From Ramazzottius varieornatus (lineage: Eukaryota; Animalia; Tardigrada), in assembly GCA_001949185.1 (NCBI GenBank), contig BDGG01000011.1, positions 1,252,318 through 1,316,317 on the forward strand: a stretch of DNA of 64,000 bases, read 5' to 3'. The translations under genes were made by a program, and so were the position numbers. Below the pieces are notes generated by a model. The model made no database searches. It had not been told where the DNA came from and saw only the letters and a list, made by a program, of their open reading frames with translations. Below are positions 51,774 to 63,138 of the stretch, piece after piece; positions within the stretch are counted from its first letter, which is position 1; every line of letters starts with the position of its first letter.

Positions 51774-53220
51774 CAAAAAACGCAATATCATATCGAAAGA
51801 CCTACTAGCTTTGTAGTCTTATCCGAGCACAGGAAAAATCGTTTAAATTAGACGTAACGAAAGGTTAAAAAAATATCTCACCCGTGTTTTTAAGATTTTG
51901 GCAAAAACAAGCGCGCCAAGTGACCGGAGAGAACCTTGAGTTTTTCATTCAAAAATTCCAAGCACACAAAGTTTCGCGTTGTTTCCAACAACTGTCTGTA
52001 AACGGGAGACATTTTATTTTACTACCACAAAACGTATATCAGAGCGTTCTTGACATTCTAGCTGTCGAACGAAAATACTTCTCCGATTACACAAGCAGAA
52101 AATAAAAAAAAGCGTTTTGCAATCACATTTCAAAAAGAAGTTCTCGAATCAGTTTGCACCTCCGACTCTTAAATTAACGTTTAAAGGTCAGAAGAGCGCT
52201 GAATTTTGTGAAGTTAACTGATATGGTGCGAAAAGTAAAGATTTGAATCTTTAAGACCAAAGTACGCGAACAGCGGGGACAACTTTGGTATAAAGGGCTG
52301 CACTTAATCTCATGTCTTTAGATCCGTTTGTTGTTATCAGTATTAAAGTCATTCTGTTGCATAATGGAAGCAGGCAAGGAAGAACTGATTTTCCAGAAAA
52401 ACAGAGACAACTTGGCTGAATCGGGCTGCATCCTCCGCAAATGTCGCCGCGGGACCGAAACAATCGGAACTTTGAAGCTTCCCCTCACCGCACCCATCTG
52501 GCTCCACTGCTCTTTTCTTTCGTCTAACAAAGAGAAAAATTCCTAGACAGCACCCTAGTGTACGGTTTTCCAGATGCCGATATATCGTACACCGCTCCGT
52601 AAGGTGCCACTCTACCCAAAGGGCCGGGGCCGACAGCCAATCTCACCTATCCAGAGTCCCACTCGCAGGCGTGGGGTAGGAGTATCGGAGCCATCAACAG
52701 TAGTAATAAACGGATGAAATTTTCGTTCAGAATTGAGTCGACGAAGCGCTACCATACAGTACTTCAAGAAAGATGCTGTTATATGACGACATCCAGACAA
52801 ATCAGAGCGCTAAGGGCGGAACCACCTCTGACTAGCCCTTCTCGTTTAACCTTGATACCGCTCTTAAGGCAGATGTGACGGACTAAGTTAAACCGGAGAT
52901 GCAGTGTATACTCGGAAGTTCAGGTGCGCAGGTATTGCAGTTCTCTTCAATCATCTAGTCCCCATAATATCGGAATTTTTTGAACTCCAAGAAACCATAC
53001 ATGCATCCAGGTACCGGAAAGTTTGTGGGAATGCATATAGGGAGCTTTGATTCTCTCGGACAGAAAACTGTCTTTCGCCGCCATTCATCTTTCTGGTTGT
53101 TTGATTTGAGGTGCGTAAAAAAGCCTGAAGGTTTCCTGGTTCCAACCCTGCCGCGGTCCGTCGCTGCTGGCGTTTCCAGCTGTCTCTGGTGACACACCAC
53201 AATGTGATCCGAGAATTCCC

Positions 53221-54260
53221 ATGACCCAAACTTCCATGGCATCGAACTGGACTTCTGCTGTGAACTGCACTATCAACAACGATCGCGCTAGCGCCCAGCA
53301 TAAGCCACCCTGGTCCTTCGTACCGCCCGTTGGTTTATTGCGCGTGACCGTCGGTGGGCTGCCGAGCAGTATTGTACTTTGTGTTTTCTATACTGTACAC
53401 GCGGAACGCTGCATGAACCATGAAGAATTTACCTCGTGAACATTCTTGCAATCGACATCTGCAACGCTTTCCTAAATGGTCCATTCGGTCTGATTGAGAA
53501 ATCCGCGTCACAGTGGACTTTGGGCTCCAGGACCGGTATATTCCGCATCTACATCACCTTGCTCGGTCAAATCTCCATTATCATAGCGCACTTCTTATTG
53601 CGCTGAACAGACTATGGGCGGTGCTGTTCCCTTTCTCTTATCGGACACGCCACAACGCAAATGTGGCCGTCACCATACGTGCTTCAGTAGGGGATGCGGT
53701 TGGACTGTCACTCATCCGACTAGTGTTGACAAGCGCGGTGGTAACAACCGAAGCTGAGTGTATTCATTGATGTAGCGGGGATCAGTTTGCGCTGGGCTCG
53801 TAGCCAACTGGGTGGTGCAGATGGTTATCGATACTCCGACCCTCTTGGTTATTTTGTCTTATCCGGTGGTCACCTACAAGCCATTCTGCAGTAACAGGAG
53901 AGAAAGAATAGTTGCCCCGGGCCCTTTAGAGCCAGCGAACTCAACCAGACACTGTGGTTTCAAACGGCGCTGCCACCGGACCTTCCACCGGTGGCGGGCC
54001 CGTTTCCATCCAGGAGCGATGATTAGATCTCCAATAAACATCCGTATCTGTGGTCAGACTTTGAAAGGGAGCTCCACTGGCTTCTTGACGTTGAATCTCA
54101 TGACCATAAGTAATGACCAACGAAGCGCATTGGACAAGACAGATAATCGGTGAGTTCGATACACCATGGCTGTATAACCTGGTCGACGTTGTGTGGTCGC
54201 TGACACTCGATCCTCTACCGATTCTTTTTGGGTAAGGAGAACCTCGTGGTGTTTTTAAGC
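53221..54260 (+). pseudogene. Intronless rhodopsin-class GPCR pseudogene
   Basis: N-glycosylated N-terminus (NWTS, NCT), YLVNILAIDICN, LLIALNRLWAVLFPFSYR, LLVILSYPVV, TGFLTLNLMTIS, LDP; spread over several frames with stops. Confidence 0.8.
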
Positions 54261-55318
54261 AATAGCTTTGTTTCCGCCAAACCTAGAACCTGCTTACGTT
54301 ATGCAATTTGGTCCACGTCTCAATCCCCGTCCGCTGGTTCTCGAACTTCTAAGCCTCATGTGACGCGCACCCATCCGGATGTACGTTGCGATATTGATCT
54401 CGTTACGTCCGAGGTCACAACACAGCAAACGCGAAGACGTTACCGTACATCAGCACAGCGTTACCATGCGGTTGTTCGCACTTTGGCTTGATAAACTGTT
54501 TGACCTTACTCTGATACACCCACAACGTTGTCAACGTAACACCTTCAGAAAGCTATTGTTCTTCCTGCAAGTTCAGTGTTACTCGACAAGTGCTCGGCTC
54601 TGATCCGACAGACCACGAGACTCACGCCTGTGACTGCAGGTGTTCCCCAAGGAAACAGGCTCACTAGTCTAGACTTCGGTGGACGAGGATCTTTCATCCC
54701 ACCTCACGACCGATCCAGGACAGAAGGTCTGACACTTCGAGGCCTGGCAATCTAGCCCTAGCAAGGAACACAAGGAATCAAGCCGGAAGTTGATCAGACT
54801 TCTACCCTCTCCTCAACAAGCCTCTCAGAGGCGCCACCAGCGAGCTCAGGGCAAAACGCGCCACTCAGAAATGCCACCAGCAAGCTTAGGGCGTAAAGGG
54901 AACACGGAAACAGGATTCAACACGGGGAAGATATTACATCCAAACAATCGACATGAGCCAATCAAGAGCAAGACCGTTAGGTACAAGCAAAAGAGAGAAC
55001 TGACTTGTGTAAGCCTTGGCACGATGCCTTGCAAGGCATCCACGGCTGGGAAGCTGGGAATGCCCAGAGGTTCTCTTGCCACAAGCTTACGTGACATGAC
55101 ATGAGATACCATAACACCGAGAGTCGCCACAGGCACGCCGGTGACAACTTCGCAACTGTAGCTAGTTCATGCTCGCCGTACTTCGCTAAGTATGCTACGC
55201 ACCGAAAGCAGAGTCTAGAAAATTAATTCTAGAACACAGTAGTGTGTTGGGATACTTGGCAAAATGCTCTATACTGAAAATATTTTCATGAAGAATATCG
55301 AGAAGCTGTGTAGTAAAA

Positions 55319-55597
55319 CTAAGCTGCCCCGACGTTCTTCATGGCAGACATGAAAGCATCGCCCATGTCCTTCTCGCTGACCACTGTTGATTGGTTTCCA
55401 CTGTACAAGACGTTAACGATCCATTTTTGCTTTCCACTCGGTCGAACTACTGGCTGCATGGTGACCAGTGCACTTCCGCCATTAGGAGATGCGATTGTTG
55501 CTGTGGTGAATTCACCAAACGTACTCTTTCCGGTTATAAACGTTCCCCATCGCCTTTCTCCTGGAATCTTGTTGAGCATATCGACGAGTTCATCCAT
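55319..55597 (-). CDS. Unknown 92-aa intronless protein, paralogue A
   Basis: 55/92 residues identical to 56394-56669 with conservative changes; shared GCCAACATGGA start context; TATAAAA on the minus strand near 55708-55714. Confidence 0.85.
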   Translation of the reverse strand: MDELVDMLNKIPGERRWGTFITGKSTFGEFTTATIASPNGGSALVTMQPVVRPSGKQKWIVNVLYSGNQSTVVSEKDMGDAFMSAMKNVGAA

Positions 55598-56393
55598 GTT
55601 GGCGGGTTCAGAAACAACAAAAATAGCCCGAGCAGCTGAAACTTACTGGCACTTAACAAGTCAATCTATACCCTTGTAAGCTTGAAGGACGATGGAGCAG
55701 TTGCTCATTTTATATGCTATCCGCTCCATTAGCAATCGAACAAAGTATACGCACCCGTCGCACAAACTTATCTCCTGCTCTTACAGACGAAAAAATGAGA
55801 CGAGTCGACTGCAAGCGCAAATACTAACCCGAGCATTGCAGCTCGAAGTGGAGATAGTGGCTAAAGGTGCGGTGATAATCCAGACCTTTACTCAAAATTG
55901 CAATAGCCGCTAAGACTTGGCTGTCGCAGTTGTTACCTATCGAACAATCGCATGCCTTCGCCGCCCAGCTGAGTCAAGTAGACTCGATCGACAGTGTACT
56001 CGGTGTTCTTTCCTACAGTAATTGTTTCACCGTCAGCGGCAGGGCGGAATATCTCTTGGGACTTTGGTACGTAGCTGCATTACGACTATCCTTGTCAATA
56101 AACAACCGTTTTGTTCGAAGGCGCCGCACATTCGGCAGCCCGTCCTTTCTCGGTTAAGTTGTTCGAGCTTCTATCTCTAGTTAGTCACTTCTTCCACGTT
56201 CTCGTGTGCTTGACCATGAGATATGTTTCCGCATCCAGTCTATATATTTGGTTAGCTTGTGGATGGGACGAGTAGTATTTCTAGTGAGTGGTTGGCCTGT
56301 CGTCCACGAGCTTTTACGAATCCGACAGCTTGCTAGCTGTCACCTTGTGTTCGAGGGACATCAATAGATTTTGTCACTACGGTACTTGCCAAC

Positions 56394-56669
56394 ATGGACG
56401 CGAAAGACCTCCTTAATCAGATTCCAGGAGAAACGCGCTGGGGGAATTGGCTGTTTCAATCTAACTCATACGGTGGAGTCACCAGGAAGACGGTTGACGC
56501 TCCCAATGGTGGAAATGCTGAGGTCACCATGCAGCCAGTAGTTCGACCGAGTGGAAAGCAAAAATGGATCGCGACCGTCTCGTACAATGGGAAGAACTCG
56601 ACAATAGTCAGCGAGAGAGACCAAGGCGATGCTTATATGCGCGCCATGAAGGACGCTGGAGCAGCTTGA
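56394..56669 (+). CDS. Unknown 91-aa intronless protein, paralogue B
   Basis: Same evidence as paralogue A; both end in GAA*; TATATA near 56241. Confidence 0.85.
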   Translation: MDAKDLLNQIPGETRWGNWLFQSNSYGGVTRKTVDAPNGGNAEVTMQPVVRPSGKQKWIATVSYNGKNSTIVSERDQGDAYMRAMKDAGAA

Positions 56670-57193
56670 ACAAGCTAGAGGACTACTGGCGTTACTGATT
56701 GAACCAGTGAAACTGTGGCGTTTTTTTACTCGTGCTTCCATATGAAATGTCTAACGATTGCTCTTTCTAGCTTTCTGTCGTCAGGAAAATTCAACCGTAA
56801 ACTCGAGGCTTGGCCGAACTCTACTTTATGTTCCGCAATGAATGAAACTTTACGTCCACGAGACTAAAACTGATATACTGTTAAGTTAGCTTGGGTGACC
56901 AGGGCGGGAGTGCCTAGGACAAAAACTAAAGTTCAGACGAGAACGAGATTCCAGTAGACTGGAAGAAAACCGAAACTGATCTAAGGTGACGCATTCAGTT
57001 GTTCTGGTAGGTTCTGGTGTTGACAATATTGTCACCAAATTTCTCCAGATCCCGGATGTGCAGCGTTTCAGTATATGGAGTTGTACTTGTGCTGCAAAAT
57101 TCCCGCCAAAATTATCAACAAGCACGATAAAGCTGTCAGTATTATAAGACCTATATCGGCCTAGAGTTTCGACAGCCGAGCCTTCTTCGCTTA

Positions 57194-57854
57194 CGAGGGA
57201 CCTTTCATTTCATGTCACTCGCCGATCACGAAACCAATGCTTCTTTGTGATAGCTGAGGCCCTTAGCACTCCACAAAGTATCGGGAAGAACGGCGAATAA
57301 CCACTTCCTGGAGCTGGAGGAAATCCCGAAGGTGCGTCGTCCACCGTTGAATCCGTGTTATAGCCTGTGTAACTTTACACAAGGCGATCCGAAAACTGGT
57401 TGGCTATGTAAGGAAACTCCAAATTTTACGGGCGGAAGGTGTAAAATGATGTTTTGGACCTCACACGGGCTGCAAACAACGGGAAAAATTTTTTTGCGCC
57501 TGATAATACGTATTGCGGCGCTGTAACAGCTTCCGTCAGAAACTACAGAAGATACTATGACCACGAGTTTGGTCCTCATTGGTATGATGTTCAAAACATC
57601 ATTTTATACCTTCCGCACGTAAACTCTGGAGTTTCCTTTGGTAGCCGGCCAGTTTTTGGATCGCCTTGTGTAAAGTTATACAGGCTATAACACGGATTCA
57701 ACGGTTGACGACGCACCTTCGTGATTTCCTTCAGCTCCAGGAAGTGGTTATTCGCCGTTCTTACCGATACTTTGTGGAGTGCTGAGGGCCTCAGCTATCA
57801 CAAAGAAGCATTGGTTTCGTGATCGGCAAGTGACATGGTCCGAAGGGTCCCTCG
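57194..57854. mobile_element. Foldback/MITE element with about 270-bp near-perfect inverted arms
   Basis: CGAGGGACC...GGTCCCTCG termini, TTA on both flanks; 57211-57465 pairs with 57582-57838. Confidence 0.9.
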
Positions 57855-58027
57855 TTAGTTTGAGATCGAACAATATACAATAGAGAGGTCGCACTTTACA
57901 CAGAAAAAGCAAACAAACGAAAACTAACCAATTTGAGAATAATAGTTTCTAAAAGTAACCGCTGGAACCCTTCAGACGTTGCAAAACGCGTGGCAGATCG
58001 AGGAAAAAGAGAAAAAAAACAACTGAG

Positions 58028-58816
58028 CAGTTTTGACCAACCTGTACTACCCGGTGATACCTGTACTAAATACCGATTTTGCAGTACCTGTACGTTACCA
58101 AGTACCGGCGCTCGATACCTGTACCTTACGGGAGGTATTTCAGGTAGATACCCGGGTACTGAAGGCTGGCGGTAACCACCGAAAGTATCGCGAAAGTACT
58201 GGACGCTTCGGTTCCATTGTCAGAAATATTAGCATTTTTGAGCCCAGAAGACGGCGGTGCTCCAAAACCTCAAGAAGCCGATTTCCACAAAAAGTATCAG
58301 TAAGACCGAAAGCGTCGGATGCAGCAAAGACATGACTATACCATGACTTCAACCACATGGAAACCTGGGCAGAATTAGTACCAGAACCGTATGGGCGGAA
58401 TGTGCTCGGTACAACATGGCCAAAATCAAGTTTTGGAATCAACCATGATCTTCCGTAAACGAGATATCACTGGCGAGTTTGCCATTCAGCAAAATATCGA
58501 TATATCGAAAATATATCGATATGCCGCGATACGATATCGCCGAATATTGTATTGCAATATTCGATACGAGTGTCATATCGATATTTTTTGATACAATATC
58601 TGCCGCATATGTTATCGCAAAGATTCGATATATTTCGATACAATATCGGTATACCGTATCGTTGCCAGCACTAGGCGAAGCCAAAAGTACATTCTGAAAT
58701 TATTTATCGAGGTACTTATGGTATTCTTTCTGGACAGTACTTTACCTGCGAGGCGAGCCGAAATACTTTACTTTACCGAGTACCGAAGAGCCAGTACGCG
58801 TACTTGTTCAACACTG
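58028..58816. mobile_element. Non-autonomous hAT element (GTAC-rich) with a nested ATCGAT-rich segment at about 58460-58673
   Basis: TIR CAGTTTTGACCAA and TTGTTCAACACTG; 8-bp TSD CAACTGAG and CGACTGAG (7/8). Confidence 0.75.
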
Positions 58817-59878
58817 CGACTGAGGCTGGCCATGGTAATTCGTTTGGTGGTGATCAGCCCACCAAATTAAAAAAGTGCTGGCCAAATGCGTTTTGATTGT
58901 CTTATTGTCCCGAGCGCAGGTCCTGCATTGTCCGGGCACCGATCACGCTTCCTAGTGCTTATTGCCAGCCAGAGTGATACTGAAGGCAATGCGGGAAAAT
59001 TCCAGATCGGCGGAGAGTTTCCTTTGGGATTCACGAACGAAGCCTCCCTTCGTTCCGTGAATCACGAAGCGCATTGCTAATCTTGAATTTTTAGATATTC
59101 GAAAATCCAATCGTTTTATCCGAATTATTGTTTGTTCAGACCATCTGCGCAAAGTGCAACTTATCTAATAATAGACCATATGGGAGTTGTCCATGTATAA
59201 CTGCATGGCCGAGTTGTCCACCCCGAAATGTTCGTACACGCATGTTGAGTGATTGATTGAACCAGCAGAGTTTCGAAAATTGGCTCTTCAACATTATGAT
59301 ACTGTAGTGCTACCAAATTGTCGCGCACTCAACCACGTGAACAGTAAATGATGCCCGGGTGAGACCCAGCGAGGCTAAAGTGATAACATCTGGGCAGCGA
59401 TGACTCATCACGTGGTTGAGTGCGCGATAATTTGGTAACACTACAGTAACTTCCTTCATCCCAGCGGATTTGACTCGACAAATCTGCTCTTCTTCCGTGA
59501 CTGCCATGTTTGACATATCGGTGGAAGTTTTTCCCATCGGACAAACCAAAAAATAGCGAAGTCTAACCAGCGGATGGTAAGATTTAACGCGGGCAACTCC
59601 CCCGGCGACTTTACATAGGCAACGCCGGTATACTCCTCGTCCTTCCGTGGACACATCGTCCGGACTTTATGCGGCCGAAAGAGATCATCTGAAGACACGA
59701 CTTATTCCGGCCATGTCAGCAATCCAATCTTTGCACGATTTAATTAGCACAAAACTGTATCTAAAATATAAGATCTATCAAATCAGTAATCACGCAAACA
59801 ACGACTCTTACAAAATAGACATCGAGAGAGAGCAGGAAAAGAGCAATAGCTATCGTAAAAAAGACAGGAACTTTAAAT

Positions 59879-62362
59879 TCAAGAAACAGACTCCGAAGGT
59901 ATTTCCGCGTACATTCTCGCTTCATGCTTTGAATGCACGCGGGAAAGAAAAGCCAGCGGTTCGAAGCCCTTCACGCCGCAAAATCCTTTGCCAAACTCCC
60001 AAGTACCCCATAAGATCAAAACAAGACGAAAGGGTAAAAGATACAAAAGCACGAAACTTCCACAGAGAAATGCCATGGCGAAGTACGACAACCACGGAAC
60101 GGTAAAATTCAGCGTATTCCAAATCTTTTCATACTGTTCGGCAAAGAACTCCAGTACTTCTTGAACAAATCTTGCTTGCTCGTGCGCGGTCTTGACATTT
60201 GTCACCAGACTTCTCCCCGCGTCTTTATTGATGTATTTTGACCATAACCTGGCTGGCGAGACAGCCGATGGAAAGAGCTGTATCATGTCTTCGACGGTTG
60301 AGAACCGCGCTGTACTGTGGACACTTGATTCTGACGCGGAGGAATACGACGAATCAATGTCGTCTTCCTCGTCGGAATCACTGTCCGGACTGTTCTGTCG
60401 TCTCTCGTGGTCGGCAAAGCCTCGAGAAAAGACCGCGAGGAGAAGGAGAGGTAGCCAGTATGGCTGGAAGAACCAGACTGTGAAGACGAAGCAGAGGTAC
60501 GCGGCGGCGCTGTGGGGGATGGAATCCCAGGCCAGGATAGACTTCACGAACGCGAGACTGGTGGAAACTAGTGTAACTACCTTCCTTATTTGGTTCACTT
60601 TGTGGAGAATTGCCTGGAAAGAAAAAGCGAAAGTCAAAAAGATTTCAGACAATTTCGGCGCAAATAACTGCGAGATTTTGAGGTACGGGAACGGAGTTAC
60701 TCGAGTACGGTAACCGGTCCATCGTACCACCAAAGCTGGAAAGCAACAGGTCTGTTCGGACCGAACGACCGACCATCCGTTGTGAGGTAACATGCAATGG
60801 TGAGTCGTAAGGTTAAACCGGTGGTTTGATTGATACAGTTACAAGATTGATTACCTGACTGTCTGATTTATTATTCCAGTCTGTCGGGATGTTTTCCTTC
60901 GGTCTGGTAGTTTGAATGGCCGCTTTTACCAGATCATACTCGAGATCAAACTCCAGCCAGATGGAGGACTTCATGCTCTTCTGTAGCTTCTTGTCTTTCA
61001 GGACAAACAGACGTCTTGTGCCGCCGCGTTTCATGTGAAGGAGAGGGATAGCCACAGAGCCGATTCTGGACTCGCGGCTTTTGGCGTCACGATCCATCAC
61101 AGTGAATTCCAGGACTGAGTGGATATCATTAACGGGAAAGTGGTACTTGCAGTCCCATTCCGGATGATCGGTCTTAGGGATGGTGTGCGTCTGGATTCGG
61201 ACAAGGCCCAGCTGAAGTACGCAGTAGATGCTCTTGGCTGGATCCACTCCTACCAGATCGGCCATCGACAGGATATTCACCGCCAGGCTACCGACGCTGC
61301 CTTGGACCCTTGTCAGGTGCGGCATGGTGAAGGGCAGATCCACAGGAGACTGATCTTCCACCTGAAAATACACAAAATCCCGTAAATCCAGAAATTGTTA
61401 ATGTTGATTTGACGCTGGAAGTATTGTGCCAATCAAGCAATCCGCGGGGCTTGGACTATGTCACTACGCACACCTGAAACCAGCCTGCTGACGTAAGGAT
61501 TACAGCATTCGAAATTTGAGCGTCTCATGACGATGAAAGACTAAAAGTTCGGACTTCGGAGTTTGAAAGAGGCACGATTAACACAGAATGGAGAACTTAG
61601 TGCTGTAGTTGCGACAGGGAGTGGCCGAACGTTTTACGTCACGAAATGCAGGTATGACGATCGGATAAAGCGTTCGTTTTAACTGTTCGTCTTCTATTCA
61701 CTAGCAACTGGTGCTTGATTGCCGCTGCTTGATTGTTTCAGATATTTAATTGTCCGGTTCAGTGGCGCACTTTCACGGCATAAGAAATGGGGAAATGCGG
61801 CACATACTGCGGCGATCATTACCTCGGGATGATAACTGGCCATCGTTTTCAGTTTCCTGGCGAAGTTATCAATTTCCTGCTTCTCATTCACGCAAACGGA
61901 CAAATGGACAGTGCCCCGTCGCAGTCCTTTATCCTTGATGTCCACCCAGGTATCGTAGGTTTTTCCGCGTTCGTAGGTGTCTAGATCCAGTTCCACCTTC
62001 CCGATGAGCTCATTCCGCATAGTCCTGTCATAGTCCCACACGCTAATTTCTAGCCTTTTGCTGTCGTATTCGTGTAGGAATATGTCAAACTGTTCCATCC
62101 ACGAAGGTGTTAAAGTTTTCTTGACGACCCGCGAGCGAAACTTCTCGCTTCCTAGTCGGAACTTACAAAACGGATCGCTTAAACCGTTGCGGTCCATCGC
62201 GGGCAGGTCTTTCGCTTCGAACAGGTAGATCGTTACACTGTTGTATGTCACAGGCTTTCCCGGAGATTTCTCCGCACTTTCGGAAGCGGGCTTCTCAAAC
62301 GACGGTGACTGCAGGTCGGAAATGATGCCCGACATTTTGTTGAGCAACAAGGAGAATTTCAT
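59879..62362 (-). CDS. MCTP: Multiple C2 and transmembrane domain protein (MCTP-like), 3 coding exons (62362-61823, 61361-60855, 60613-59879)
   Basis: C2: DLPAMDRNGLSDPFCKFRLG...KTLTPSWMEQFD...WDYD; C2: DIHSVLEFTVMDRD...IGSVAIPLL; PRT_C-like tail EKIWNTLNFTVPWLS...LPFRLVLILWG...FLSRV. Confidence 0.92.
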
Positions 62363-63138
62363 CAGGATTCATTAAATCAAACACCCAAATCAACGCTTCA
62401 CTGCACTTCCGTAAATATCGTCCACATTAATTTTCGACGAATCAATCGTTTCAGCGCTGTTGAAACTTTGCTTCCAACTTCCTTCTTCGTCAAAGAACCA
62501 GGAATGCTCTCAGTAGATTCTTTCAGAGAAATTCCGCCTATAATTTCTCACAATAAACAACACCCAAGCTTACGGCGCAATCTTCTTTCTGTCAAAATTA
62601 TTCTACGAAGAAGACTAGTCGTACTGCGTGATTAGTCGAAGCTTTCTCGTCTGAGCAAACAAGGCTTTCTGTCTGCAAGCCTTTCGCTCGCGATCCATCA
62701 ATGCTAACTTGAGTCGGTATTCCCATCAGAGCGAGTCGTACGTATCGATTGTTTGTTGTCATTCATCCGCTACTGTGCCTTGGCTTGCGAATCATGAATC
62801 ATCAGGTCAGAAACCGGTTTACAAAGCGCTTTTCGGCGGAAGTACGAGCCGGTAAACTCTGCGCAACTGTGCAAGGGTGGATCTCAGGTACGAACTCGTC
62901 ATCTCGTGGGCGAAACACCTCAACACAATCTGTTGGTATGCCTTATCACACTCAAACGTCACGTTTACTGCGTCTTTCCCCTATCACGTTTCTGTTATCT
63001 TCACAAGACCAGCAAAGTTGAATAATCACTCCATTTTCTTTTCATATATTTATTAAATACCACGGGCTTTGATCGCTGATCGCTCGGGTTCGAACTTCGA
63101 ACCGTAAAGCTACAAAACAGAAGCAACAATCGAAGAAT

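Noticed and set aside
54641-55116. Possible solo LTR (TGTT...AACA)
   Set aside because: No matching target-site duplication, PBS or second LTR found
60192-60713. 173-aa plus-strand ORF
   Set aside because: Antisense of the last MCTP exon
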